DNA from: Bacteroidota bacterium | GTDB lineage: Bacteria; Bacteroidota; Ignavibacteria; UBA10030; UBA6906 | DNA: 64,000 nucleotides | NCBI GenBank assembly: GCA_030835135.1 | Contig: JAUQWO010000075.1 | Coordinates: 149,330 to 213,329 of the forward strand | Reading direction: 5' to 3' | Part shown: positions 21,129 through 30,731 of the stretch, in pieces | How positions within the stretch are numbered: position 1 is the stretch's first letter | Layout: each line of letters opens with the position of its first letter | Program-made: the position numbers and the translations under genes | Notes under the pieces: generated by a model | Database searches by the model: none | What the model saw: the letters and a program-made list of their open reading frames with translations, nothing else | Told to the model about the DNA's origin: nothing

Positions 21129-22244
21129 TCAGGCCGCGATCATGCCTGCGACGTAACGGGCGATCGCGGGTGATGCTGTCAGGCCGGGCGATTCCATGCC
21201 CACCAGATTGATCAGGCCGGGCAGGCTCCGGGCGGTCTCGTGCGTGATCGCAAAGTCGCGCACGGGGGCCCCTTGTGCCTGCGTCTTGGGCCGGATGCCG
21301 CTCATATCAGGGGTCAGGTCCTCATCCTTCACCATCGGCAGAATGCGCCGGACGGACTCTGCGAAGACGGCGCGTTTGGATGGATCGACGGTGTAGTTCT
21401 GGACCCGGTCCGGCAGATACTCCACGTCCGGCCCGAACTTCAACCGTCCACCGAGGTCCAGCACCGCATGCACGCCGAGCGAATGCCTGGTCGGCACCGG
21501 ATAGACGAGGCGTTTCACAATGCCGTTCATCGACGCAGGCAGGGCGAAGTACGACCCTTTGCAGTAGTGTATCCGGTAGCCCGCCGCATCCACATCGATG
21601 CCGGCGAGCGCGGCAATGGTATCGGCCTCCAGGCCGGCGGCGTTCACCACCCACTCGGACGTGAACGAGCTCACCTCTTCGCCCTCGCGGATGCTCACGC
21701 GGTACCCATCGGACACGCGGTCGAGACCGACGACCGTGCAATGCATCTGCACCTCGCCGCCGCGCTCGCGGATCGCATGATGGAAGTAGTCCATGAGTCC
21801 GTGTGCGCTGATGATGCCCGTGGAGGGCGACAGCAGTCCGCCGACGGTGGTGATGCCCGGTTCCATGGAACTCACCTGTGCGGCCGTGAGCCGTTCGATG
21901 GGCGCGCCGTTCGCCGTTGCCGCGGCGAACAACCGTTCCAGTTCGCCCTCTTCCTCGGTCTTGGTTGCGGTGATCACCTTCGTGATGCGCTGATGGGGCA
22001 CGCCGTTCTTTTCGCAGAGGGCGTAGAGCAGTTCGCGTCCCTCCACGCACAACCGCGCCTTCAGCGAGCCCTGCGGATAGTAGATGCCCGCATGGATGAC
22101 CTCGCTGTTGCGGGCGGAGGTCTCCTGGCCGTAGCGCGGATTGCGCTCCAGCAGAAAGACGGGGCTGTATCGCTGCGTGAGTTCGGCCGCGATCGCGAGT
22201 CCGATGACCCCGCCGCCGATGACCGTTATGGCTGCATCTGCCAT
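21129..22244 (-). CDS. FAD-dependent oxidoreductase (L-2-hydroxyglutarate oxidase/dehydrogenase-like)
   Basis: 371 aa; N-terminal Rossmann motif VIGGGVIGLAIA; SEVIHAGIYYP motif typical of the LhgO/L2HGDH family. Confidence 0.75.
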   Translation of the reverse strand: MADAAITVIGGGVIGLAIAAELTQRYSPVFLLERNPRYGQETSARNSEVIHAGIYYPQGSLKARLCVEGRELLYALCEKNGVPHQRITKVITATKTEEEGELERLFAAATANGAPIERLTAAQVSSMEPGITTVGGLLSPSTGIISAHGLMDYFHHAIRERGGEVQMHCTVVGLDRVSDGYRVSIREGEEVSSFTSEWVVNAAGLEADTIAALAGIDVDAAGYRIHYCKGSYFALPASMNGIVKRLVYPVPTRHSLGVHAVLDLGGRLKFGPDVEYLPDRVQNYTVDPSKRAVFAESVRRILPMVKDEDLTPDMSGIRPKTQAQGAPVRDFAITHETARSLPGLINLVGMESPGLTASPAIARYVAGMIAA

Positions 22245-22256
22245 CGTTCCATTCGC

Positions 22257-23165
22257 TCAGTTGGTGTGAAGGACCGTGGGTTCGTCGATGATGATCCACC
22301 GGTCATCCGGCGGTGCGCCGACGGCCGTGAAGAAATCCTCTGCGCTCCGGTGGCGCGAGTTGATCCAGACCCGCGTGGTGGTGGCATACAGGAGCAGGGG
22401 GATATCGTTCCGCGAATCGCTCGCCGCGAACAGCGGGATGCGCGGTTCCAGGACCTTCAGGGCATCGATCTTCTCCGCGCGGATGGGGATCGGGTGGATC
22501 GGCTCGCCGGAGAGTATCCCGTTCTGATCTTTGATGGTGATGCCGATGACCTGGTCCTCCGGAACGCCGAAGGCCGTGAAGACCGGTTCCACGGTCCATT
22601 TGCAGCTCCCGGACACGGCCCAGATGTCGAAGCCGTTCTGCTGGAGCGCGTGGATCAGATCGGTGGCCTCGCTCAGGAAGCGTACGCCGGAATGGACCAT
22701 CCGCCGTCCGAGCCGCTTCTCGCCAAGCGGCGCTTTCAATTCGCGCGCCAGGGTGTCGCGGGAAAATTGCCGCACCTCGTCCAGCGAAAATCCCGCGAAC
22801 GTGCGGACCACATCGGCACATCCCTTGTGTACCGCGTTCGCGGCAAGCTGGTCGTAGTACCACGCGAGCATGTACTCCGCGAAGTCCTCGAACGCCGGAT
22901 GCTTGCGCCGTGTGGCGGGGTCGGCTGCAGCCAGCGAGCGGTACAGGCCGTCGAGCGCCTTCCGGTCGGGATGGTCAGGCCAGATCTCAGCGGGGGAGAC
23001 ACGGAAAAAGAACTCTTCGATCTGGCGGAAGTATACGGCCTCGCCGATATCGCCCTTGATCACGGTCCCGTCGCAATCGAAGACAGCCAGCGGCCGCGGC
23101 CCACCATTGGTGGCGCGGGACTGGCGAAACAGGCGGTGGAGGGCAGGGTGTTCGGCAATGCTCAT
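22257..23165 (-). CDS. HAD-superfamily hydrolase
   Basis: 302 aa; HAD motif I FDCDGTV; C-terminal motifs consistent with the HAD fold. Confidence 0.7.
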   Translation of the reverse strand: MSIAEHPALHRLFRQSRATNGGPRPLAVFDCDGTVIKGDIGEAVYFRQIEEFFFRVSPAEIWPDHPDRKALDGLYRSLAAADPATRRKHPAFEDFAEYMLAWYYDQLAANAVHKGCADVVRTFAGFSLDEVRQFSRDTLARELKAPLGEKRLGRRMVHSGVRFLSEATDLIHALQQNGFDIWAVSGSCKWTVEPVFTAFGVPEDQVIGITIKDQNGILSGEPIHPIPIRAEKIDALKVLEPRIPLFAASDSRNDIPLLLYATTTRVWINSRHRSAEDFFTAVGAPPDDRWIIIDEPTVLHTN

Positions 23166-23233
23166 ACGTCAACAGTCCGTGCAAGTTCTGGATATCATTT
23201 AAGATACGAACATGACGCGGGATGCGCAAGGCA

Positions 23234-23262
23234 TTGCAACTTCAGCCTCAAAGTGGTATATT
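23234..23262 (+). promoter_or_regulatory. Sigma-70-type promoter TTGCAA-N17-TATATT upstream of lepA
   Basis: -35 at 23234-23239, 17-nt spacer, -10 TATATT at 23257-23262 (same -10 hexamer as the tetR and hrcA promoters). Confidence 0.45.
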
Positions 23263-23293
23263 TGATAACATTTTCACCCGTCCACCGGACCAG

Positions 23294-23330
23294 TCCGTCC
23301 CGTTCCCCTGGACGGATTTTCTGTTCTATA
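23294..23330 (+). promoter_or_regulatory. Leader hairpin plus T-tract (attenuator/terminator-like) in the lepA 5' UTR
   Basis: TCCGTCC-N10-GGACGGA followed by TTTTCTGTTCTATA, between the promoter and the lepA ATG. Confidence 0.35.
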
Positions 23331-23338
23331 GAGCATGT

Positions 23339-25138
23339 ATGGATCATATCCGCAATTTCTGCATCATTGCCCACATCGACCACGGCAAGTCCACGATCGC
23401 TGACCGCCTGCTGGAACGCACCGGTACGATCACTGCCCGGGAAATGAAGTTCAATCAGGTCCTGGACGATATGGACCTGGAGCAGGAACGGGGCATTACG
23501 ATCAAGCTGCACGCGATCCAGATGCAGTACCGCGCGAAGAATTCCGAGATGTACACCCTCAATCTCATCGATACGCCGGGGCATGTCGACTTCTCGTATG
23601 AGGTCTCCCGTTCCCTGGCGGCCTGTGAGGGTGCTCTCCTGGTGGTGGATGCCTCCCAGGGCGTTGAAGCCCAGACGATCAGCAATCTGTACCTCGCGAT
23701 CGATGCCGGACTGGAGATCATCCCGGTCATCAACAAGATCGACCTGCCCAGCGCGATGGTCGAGAGCGTGAAGCACCAGATCAAGGACCTGATCGGCTGC
23801 AAGGACGAGGATATCCTCCTCGCGAGCGCGAAGGCCGATCTCGGGATCGAGGATATCCTCGAGGCGGTCGTCAAGCGCATTCACCCTCCGCAGGGTGATC
23901 CCGAAGCACCGCTCCGGGCACTCATCTTCGATTCCGTATTCGACGTGTACCGCGGATCGATCGTCTACCTGCGTGTCGTCGATGGTACCCTCCGCGAGGG
24001 GGACAAGATCATGTTCTTCCATCACGGACGCAGCTTCGAAGCAGAAGAGGTGGGATGCCTGGAGATGAAGCGCACCCGCACCGGCTCGATCACTGCCGGG
24101 GGCGTCGGCTACCTCATTGCCGGCATCAAGGATGTGCACGACACCAAGGTCGGCGATACCATCACGTCCGCCGTCCGGCCGGCACCGGCACCGCTCCCGG
24201 GCTACAAGGATGTGAAGCCGATGGTGTTCAGCGGCATGTACCCTACGAACGCCGAGGATTTTGAGGACCTGCGTGCCTCCATCGAGAAGCTGCAACTGAA
24301 CGACTCGTCCCTCATCTATGAGCCGGAGACCTCGACCGCGCTCGGGTTCGGATTCCGGTGCGGGTTCCTCGGTCTTCTCCATATGGAGATCGTGCAGGAA
24401 CGTCTGGAACGGGAATACAATCAGAACATCATCAATACCGTCCCGAACGTCGAGTACCGCGTCACCAAGACGAACGGCGAGGTGGTGCTGGTGGACAACC
24501 CGTCGTACATGCCCCAGCTCGGGGTCATCGAGAAGGTGGAAGAACCGTTCATCCGCGCGCAGATCATCGTCCCGACCGAGTATGTCGGGAACATCATGAA
24601 GCTGTGCACGGAGCGGCGCGGCGTGTACAAGAACACGACGTATCTGGATCCGACGCGCGTCGACCTGCACTATGAGATGCCGCTGTCGGAGATCATCTTC
24701 GATTTCTACGACAAGCTGAAGTCCACGTCGCGCGGATACGCGTCGTTCGACTACGAGTTCCTGGATTTCCGGGAATCGGATCTGGTGAAGCTGGACATCC
24801 TGCTGAACGGGGAATCGGTGGATGCGTTCTCGACGATCGTGCACCGCGACAAGGCGCACGAATGGGGGAAGAAGCTCTGCGTGAAACTCCGGAAGCTCAT
24901 CCCGCGCCAGATGTTCGAAGTGGCCATCCAGGCGGCCATCGGCTCCAAGATCGTGGCCCGGGAGACCATCTCCGCCATGCGGAAGAACGTGCTCGCAAAA
25001 TGTTACGGCGGCGATATTTCCCGCAAACGCAAGCTCCTCGAGAAACAGAAAGAGGGGAAAAAACGTATGAAACAGGTGGGACGGGTCGAGATCCCGCAGG
25101 AAGCGTTCCTGGCTGTGCTCTCCATGGAAGATGAATAG
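23339..25138 (+). CDS. lepA: Elongation factor 4 (LepA)
   Basis: 600 aa; [21 protein letters not shown]1 motif; DTPGHVDF; conserved C-terminal LepA domain. The track's upstream 39 aa lack homology. Confidence 0.95.
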   Translation: MDHIRNFCIIAHIDHGKSTIADRLLERTGTITAREMKFNQVLDDMDLEQERGITIKLHAIQMQYRAKNSEMYTLNLIDTPGHVDFSYEVSRSLAACEGALLVVDASQGVEAQTISNLYLAIDAGLEIIPVINKIDLPSAMVESVKHQIKDLIGCKDEDILLASAKADLGIEDILEAVVKRIHPPQGDPEAPLRALIFDSVFDVYRGSIVYLRVVDGTLREGDKIMFFHHGRSFEAEEVGCLEMKRTRTGSITAGGVGYLIAGIKDVHDTKVGDTITSAVRPAPAPLPGYKDVKPMVFSGMYPTNAEDFEDLRASIEKLQLNDSSLIYEPETSTALGFGFRCGFLGLLHMEIVQERLEREYNQNIINTVPNVEYRVTKTNGEVVLVDNPSYMPQLGVIEKVEEPFIRAQIIVPTEYVGNIMKLCTERRGVYKNTTYLDPTRVDLHYEMPLSEIIFDFYDKLKSTSRGYASFDYEFLDFRESDLVKLDILLNGESVDAFSTIVHRDKAHEWGKKLCVKLRKLIPRQMFEVAIQAAIGSKIVARETISAMRKNVLAKCYGGDISRKRKLLEKQKEGKKRMKQVGRVEIPQEAFLAVLSMEDE

Positions 25139-25146
25139 GAGCCCCG

Positions 25147-26025
25147 ATGGCAAAAGCAGAGAAGTTCGTCAAGAAGGAACCGGTCAAGGATTTTTTCAAG
25201 GACGTGGTCTTCGTCCTGGTCGCCTTCTTCTTTCTGAATAGTTTTGTCCTTGCGTCCTTTGAAGTCCCGACCGGATCGATGGAGAATGAGATCATGGCCG
25301 GCGACTTCCTGTTCGTGAACAAGTTCCTGTATGGCGGGACGACGCCGCGGAACATCCCGTTCACGAACATCCGCCTTCCGTGGTTCCGTGTGCCGGCCAT
25401 CCGGAGCGTGGAGCGCGGTGATGTGATCGTGTTCGAATTCCCGGGTCAGCGTGAAGAGACCCAATCCCCGGAATTCATGTTCTACCTGAAACGCGCCGTC
25501 GCGCTGTCCGGCGATACCGTGCAGATCGTGGACCGGGCACTCTATGTGAACGGCAAGCCGGCACCGCTCCCGCGACACATGAAGTTCAACAGCTACGCCA
25601 TCAAGCCCCACGGCCAGGCGGAGTACAACATCTTCCCCCCGGGTGCTCCCTTCAACGAGGACAACTGGGGTCCGATCGTCGTTCCCCGCAAGGGCGATGT
25701 GATCCCGATGATGCCCGCGACCTTTGACCAGTGGCGCGTGTTCATCGGTCGCGAGGGGCATACGGCACTCCTCGACATGCAGGGCCGCATCCTGATCGAT
25801 GGGAAGCCTGCCGATGCCTACACCGTCGAGCGGGACTACATCTTCGGGATGGGTGACAACCGCGACAACAGTCTGGACAGCCGCTTCTGGGGCTTCATTC
25901 CCGAAGAGAACATCGTCGGCACCCCGATGATCGTGTACTGGTCGTGGGCACCCGACAAATCGTTGCTCGATCCGGGCAAGTTTGGTTCGATCCGGTTCGG
26001 GCGCCTCGGCACGTTGATCAAGTAG
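25147..26025 (+). CDS. lepB: Signal peptidase I
   Basis: 292 aa; N-terminal TM; catalytic Ser region TGSMENEI; box E GDNRDNSLDSRFWGFIPEENIVG. Confidence 0.9.
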   Translation: MAKAEKFVKKEPVKDFFKDVVFVLVAFFFLNSFVLASFEVPTGSMENEIMAGDFLFVNKFLYGGTTPRNIPFTNIRLPWFRVPAIRSVERGDVIVFEFPGQREETQSPEFMFYLKRAVALSGDTVQIVDRALYVNGKPAPLPRHMKFNSYAIKPHGQAEYNIFPPGAPFNEDNWGPIVVPRKGDVIPMMPATFDQWRVFIGREGHTALLDMQGRILIDGKPADAYTVERDYIFGMGDNRDNSLDSRFWGFIPEENIVGTPMIVYWSWAPDKSLLDPGKFGSIRFGRLGTLIK

Positions 26026-26032
26026 GCTGCGG

Positions 26033-26722
26033 ATGCTGAACGATGCGGCAGCGCACCGCCGGCTCGTGCGTGAATGGCTCGTTGCCGGCACTCTGGGGAT
26101 CGCCATCGCAGTTGTGGCAGGAACGGCCCTGAGGACATTCGTCCTCGGGGCCGTTGTCGTTCCATCACGCTCGATGTGTGACACAGTGATCCCCGGCGAC
26201 CGTCTCCTGGTGAGCAAGCTCGTCGTGCCCCGGCGCGTGGATGTCGGCATCCCGTTCACCGGCGTCCGCTGTCAATTCACGGTGCCACCGCTGCGTCCGC
26301 TGCGCGTCGGCGATGTGCTTGTTGTCCGCCCGCCCGGCGGGTGGATCGAGGATCCGATGGACAGGACCGCCTATCTGGTGAAGCGGTGCGCCGGGATGCC
26401 GGGCGATACCCTGGTCTTCGATCATGATGTCCTCATGGTGAATGGGTTCGTGCTCCGGCTTCCCCCCGATGCCGTGCAACGATCGCATCCGCGGGTGTAT
26501 CATGACGATGGAACACCCGACACGGTCATCGTGCCGGCGGAGGAATATTTTCTGCTGGGCGACAACCCGGGCGAGAGCCTGGATAGCCGGGTGCACGGCA
26601 CCGTGCCGGCATCATCGGTGGTGGGCGTTGCGGCGCTGGTGTACTGGTCCGTGGGACCTGCGGTGCATGAGGTGGGAGAGCGAGGGGTGCGATGGAGCCG
26701 GATCGGACGGGTGGTACGATGA
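26033..26722 (+). CDS. lepB: Signal peptidase I (second paralog)
   Basis: 229 aa; SRSMCDTVIPGD (catalytic Ser) and GDNPGESLDSRVHG box E. Confidence 0.85.
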   Translation: MLNDAAAHRRLVREWLVAGTLGIAIAVVAGTALRTFVLGAVVVPSRSMCDTVIPGDRLLVSKLVVPRRVDVGIPFTGVRCQFTVPPLRPLRVGDVLVVRPPGGWIEDPMDRTAYLVKRCAGMPGDTLVFDHDVLMVNGFVLRLPPDAVQRSHPRVYHDDGTPDTVIVPAEEYFLLGDNPGESLDSRVHGTVPASSVVGVAALVYWSVGPAVHEVGERGVRWSRIGRVVR

Positions 26723-27891
26723 AGAAACTCGCGGGTGCCGATGGGCCGGTCGGTCTCTACGTCCATGTGCCTTTCTGTGAGAGGAAGTGCGCCTACTGTG
26801 ATTTCTATTCGCTGGAGAATCATGGCGGCATCGATGCATTCCCGGACCTGATCACGCGGGAGATCGCTCTGTACGCAGACGACCGTGATCCTGCCCGTGT
26901 CCGGACGCTCTACTATGGTGGCGGAACTCCCTCGGTCCTCTCGGTCGATCAGTTGCGGGTGCTGCAGGACGCGTTCCGGCACTCGTTCCGCATCGAACCC
27001 GATGCGGAGATCACGATCGAGGTGAACCCGGGCACGGTCGATCCCGCATCGCTTGCCGCGTACCGGTCGCTCGGCTTCAACCGCCTGAGCATCGGTGTAC
27101 AGTCTTTCGATCCCGGTGCGCTCGCATTCCTCGGACGTATCCATTCGGCCGATGATGCGCGCCGGTGTATCCGTGATGCGCGCGATGCGGGGTTTGCCAA
27201 CCTCAGCATCGATCTCATCTATGCGGTCCCCGGTCAGACCGACGCGAGCTGGTATGCAACGCTCGACGAAGCGATCGCGCTGCGCCCGGAGCATATCTCC
27301 GCGTACAGTCTCATCGTTGAAGAGGACACCCCACTGTACGTCCAGGTCCGGGAGGGGAACGTGACGCCGCATACCGATCCCCGCGAGGCGGCACTGTATG
27401 AGGGAACGATGGCACGGTTGTCGGCCGCCGGGTACGACCACTATGAAGTCTCGAACTATGCCCGGCCGGGGTGCCGCAGCCGGCACAACAGCTCGTACTG
27501 GGACCATGCACCGTATCTTGGATTCGGGCCGTCGGCACACTCGTTCGTTGCGTCGTCGGCGGAGGGGCCGGCCCTGCGCTGGTCCAATGTCCGGAGCCTG
27601 CAGGGGTGGTCCGGCATGATCGAGAAGGGCGAGCGCCCGGTGAGCCAGGAAGAGGTGCTCTCCGGTCAGGAGGTGTTCGACGAGGGGATATTCCTCGGTC
27701 TGCGTGCCAACGGCCTGGATCGTGCGCGTGTCGAACGTCTGAGCGGCATCCGGTTCACGGGCCGGCAGCATCAGACCCTGGCGGACCTGGTGGGAGCGGG
27801 TCTTGCGGTGGAGGAGGAGGGGCGGTTCCGGCTCACGCCCGCGGGGTTCGTCATCTGTGACGAGATCTGCGCCCGCCTGCTGGTTCCTTGA
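26719..27891 (+). CDS. hemW: Radical SAM heme chaperone HemW / coproporphyrinogen III oxidase-like
   Basis: Start MKKLAG with ATGA overlap onto lepB2; radical SAM CxxxCxxC (CERKCAYCDF); HemN C-terminal domain. Confidence 0.85.
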   Translation: MKKLAGADGPVGLYVHVPFCERKCAYCDFYSLENHGGIDAFPDLITREIALYADDRDPARVRTLYYGGGTPSVLSVDQLRVLQDAFRHSFRIEPDAEITIEVNPGTVDPASLAAYRSLGFNRLSIGVQSFDPGALAFLGRIHSADDARRCIRDARDAGFANLSIDLIYAVPGQTDASWYATLDEAIALRPEHISAYSLIVEEDTPLYVQVREGNVTPHTDPREAALYEGTMARLSAAGYDHYEVSNYARPGCRSRHNSSYWDHAPYLGFGPSAHSFVASSAEGPALRWSNVRSLQGWSGMIEKGERPVSQEEVLSGQEVFDEGIFLGLRANGLDRARVERLSGIRFTGRQHQTLADLVGAGLAVEEEGRFRLTPAGFVICDEICARLLVP

Positions 27892-27964
27892 ATCTCTCGG
27901 CGTTTTCGTCTATATTAGACGATAGACTTTTCATTCCCGGATGTTCCCGTAGCACACCATAAGG

Positions 27965-30673
27965 ATGTCTGAGGCTCTCATGACCAACACCACCCTCAAC
28001 CGCATCATCGCGGCCGTTGTCTTCGTTGCCTCCTTCGGCGTGTACCTCCTGACCCTCGCCCCCACGGTCGTGTTCTGGGATGTGGGCGAGTTCATCGCCG
28101 CGGCGAAAATGATGCAGGTGCCCCATCCTCCCGGTTCGCCGCTCTTCCTGCTGCTCACACGGTTCGCGATGATGATCCCGGTGGCAGCGGACCAGGCAGT
28201 GCGCGCGCACATGCTCTCGGCGCTGCTCAGTGCTCTCGCCATTCTGTTCGGGTATCTCGCGACCGTCAAGGTCGTGGAGATCTTCCGTGGTGCTCCCGCG
28301 GACCTGCTCGACCGTATCACGGTGTACGGGTCGTCGGCCATCGGCGCGCTGGCGCTGGCCTACTCGACATCCTACTGGGGGAATTCCATCGAAGCCGAAG
28401 TGTATGGCGCAAGCATGTTGTTCCTGAATGCCATCCTCTGGCTCATCCTGCGCTGGCGCGAGCGGTCCGAGTCCCGCGGGAACGAGAAATATCTGCTGCT
28501 CATCGCCTACCTGATCGGCCTCTCGCTCGGCGTGCACCTGCTGGCGCTGCTGGCGATCTTCCCGGTCCTCATGATCATCTATTTCCGGAAGTTCGAGTTC
28601 ACCGTGTCCAGCTTCCTGAAGTTCGCGCTCGTGGCATTCGGGGTGTTCATCGTGGTGTATCCGGGCATCGTCAAGTATCTCCCGGGCATGATGGACGGCG
28701 ATTTCATGGGCAAGAAGAGCGTGGTGATGGAGTATCTGCCCTGGCTCATCATCGCGGCGATCGCCTACGGGGTGTATTCCTCGTATCAGAAGAAGCAGAA
28801 ACTGCTCCACATCGGTCTGCTGGCCATGCTCCTGATCATCATCGGCTACACGACGTATGTCCAGGTGGTGATCCGGTCCAACGCCAACCCGCCGATGAAT
28901 GAGAACGAACCGAGCAACCTTGCCCGCCTCACCGCGTACCTCGGCCGCGAACAGTACGGCGACGCGCCGCTGTTCATGCCCCGCCGGTACAGTCAGGAGC
29001 CCCACCAGCAGGGGATCTACACGAAGTATAGCAGCGACTACGATTTCATGTTCCGGTACCAGCTGAACCATATGTTCTTCCGGTATCTGTTCTGGAACTT
29101 CATCGGAGCGGAGGGCGATGCGCAGGATTCCGGCGTCAGCTGGTCGTCCACGTTCGGCATCCCCTTCATCATCGGATTCCTGGGCATGTTCGCGCATTTC
29201 AAGAGGGACTGGAAGATCGCGCTCGTGCTCCTCGCCGCGTTCATCATCCTGGGCCCGGTCCTGGCGCTGTATCAGAACCAGCAGGAGCCGCAGCCGCGTG
29301 AACGCGATTACTTCTACGTCGGCGCGTTCTTCATCTTCTCCATCTGGATCACGGTCGGCATCGTGTCGCTGATCGATTGGATGCGCACCCTGACGAAGGA
29401 ACACTCCCTGCGCACAGCGTTCACCGTCGCCATTGTGGTCGTACTGCTCGCGGCGATCCCCGGCCAGCTGCTGAAGGCAAGCTGGAAGGACCATAACCGT
29501 TCGGGCAACTATGTGGCGTGGGACTATTCGTACAACATGCTGCAGTCGTGCGAGCAGGATGCGATCCTGTTCACCAACGGCGACAATGACACGTTCCCGC
29601 TCTGGTACCTCCAGGATGTGGAAGGCGTGCGCCGCGATGTGCGCATTGTGAACCTCAGCCTGGTGAACACGCCGTGGTATATCAAGCAGATGAAGGCGAC
29701 ACCGTACTACACGGAAGCCAAGGCGGTCCCCATCAGTCTGAGCGACAATCAGATCGAAAGCATCCAGCCGGTGATCTGGGAACCGCGCCAGATCGACCTG
29801 CCGGTGACGCAGGAGGCGATCGCACGCTATGGTGTCACGGACACGTCGGTCATCCGCACCGGGAAGATCACCTTCCTCATGCGGAACACGCTCGAAGTGG
29901 GTCAGACACGCGCGATCCGCATCCAGGATATCATGGTGCGGGATATCATCTATACGAACCAGTGGAAGCGTCCGATCTATTTCGCGGTGACCTGCGCACC
30001 GGACAGCAAGATCGGGCTGGACGAGTACCTGTGGTTCCACGGTCTCACGTGGCGCTTCGAGCCGCGGAAGGTGAACCGCGAGGACCTCGGGCTCGACAAG
30101 CGTATCCTGGAGGCGAACCTGAACGACGAACCGGAAGGGTTCTCCACCACGCCGCGGTACGGGTACAAATGGCGCGGGATCGCGGATACGACCGTGTACT
30201 TCGACGAGAACACCACCCGCCTGATGTTGAATTACCGCTCGGCCTTCATCCGTCTTGCCATGTATTACATGAACGTGGAAGGCAACCCGGTGAAGGGGAT
30301 CGAGACGCTCGACCGGATGGAGAAGCTCATGCCGCGCGAGAAGATCCCGATGGGCTGGGAGCTCATGTCGGACCTGGCGAACATCTATGACCGGTTCGGC
30401 CGCAAGGACAAGTATGAGGAACTCGCGGGCGAACTCGAGACGACGGCCCGTGCACTCATCAAGGCGGGTCAGGCGAACGTGAACAGCTATTACAATCCGT
30501 ACCGGGTTCTGCTGGACATCTATGAAGTGCGCAAGGACCACCGGAAGTCGCTGGATCTGCTGCAGGAACTGCAGGTACAGTTCCCGCAGGACCCGAACCT
30601 CCGTGCGCGCATCGAGAGCCTGAAGCTCCAGGTCGCCCACGACGATTCGGCCGCACGGGTGGCCGGAAAGTAG
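27965..30673 (+). CDS. DUF2723 family membrane protein (PMT/GT-C-like putative glycosyltransferase) with C-terminal helical/TPR-like domain
   Basis: 902 aa; about 11 predicted TM helices at the N-terminus; hallmark DUF2723 motif FWDVGEF...VPHPPGSPL. Alternative start ATG 27980 has a better-spaced GAGG RBS. Confidence 0.8.
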   Translation: MSEALMTNTTLNRIIAAVVFVASFGVYLLTLAPTVVFWDVGEFIAAAKMMQVPHPPGSPLFLLLTRFAMMIPVAADQAVRAHMLSALLSALAILFGYLATVKVVEIFRGAPADLLDRITVYGSSAIGALALAYSTSYWGNSIEAEVYGASMLFLNAILWLILRWRERSESRGNEKYLLLIAYLIGLSLGVHLLALLAIFPVLMIIYFRKFEFTVSSFLKFALVAFGVFIVVYPGIVKYLPGMMDGDFMGKKSVVMEYLPWLIIAAIAYGVYSSYQKKQKLLHIGLLAMLLIIIGYTTYVQVVIRSNANPPMNENEPSNLARLTAYLGREQYGDAPLFMPRRYSQEPHQQGIYTKYSSDYDFMFRYQLNHMFFRYLFWNFIGAEGDAQDSGVSWSSTFGIPFIIGFLGMFAHFKRDWKIALVLLAAFIILGPVLALYQNQQEPQPRERDYFYVGAFFIFSIWITVGIVSLIDWMRTLTKEHSLRTAFTVAIVVVLLAAIPGQLLKASWKDHNRSGNYVAWDYSYNMLQSCEQDAILFTNGDNDTFPLWYLQDVEGVRRDVRIVNLSLVNTPWYIKQMKATPYYTEAKAVPISLSDNQIESIQPVIWEPRQIDLPVTQEAIARYGVTDTSVIRTGKITFLMRNTLEVGQTRAIRIQDIMVRDIIYTNQWKRPIYFAVTCAPDSKIGLDEYLWFHGLTWRFEPRKVNREDLGLDKRILEANLNDEPEGFSTTPRYGYKWRGIADTTVYFDENTTRLMLNYRSAFIRLAMYYMNVEGNPVKGIETLDRMEKLMPREKIPMGWELMSDLANIYDRFGRKDKYEELAGELETTARALIKAGQANVNSYYNPYRVLLDIYEVRKDHRKSLDLLQELQVQFPQDPNLRARIESLKLQVAHDDSAARVAGK

Positions 30674-30731
30674 GCGGTACGCCGCGCCGTCGATGTCAGG
30701 ACGGTGCGCAGTACCGTCCTGCGTTGCTCGT

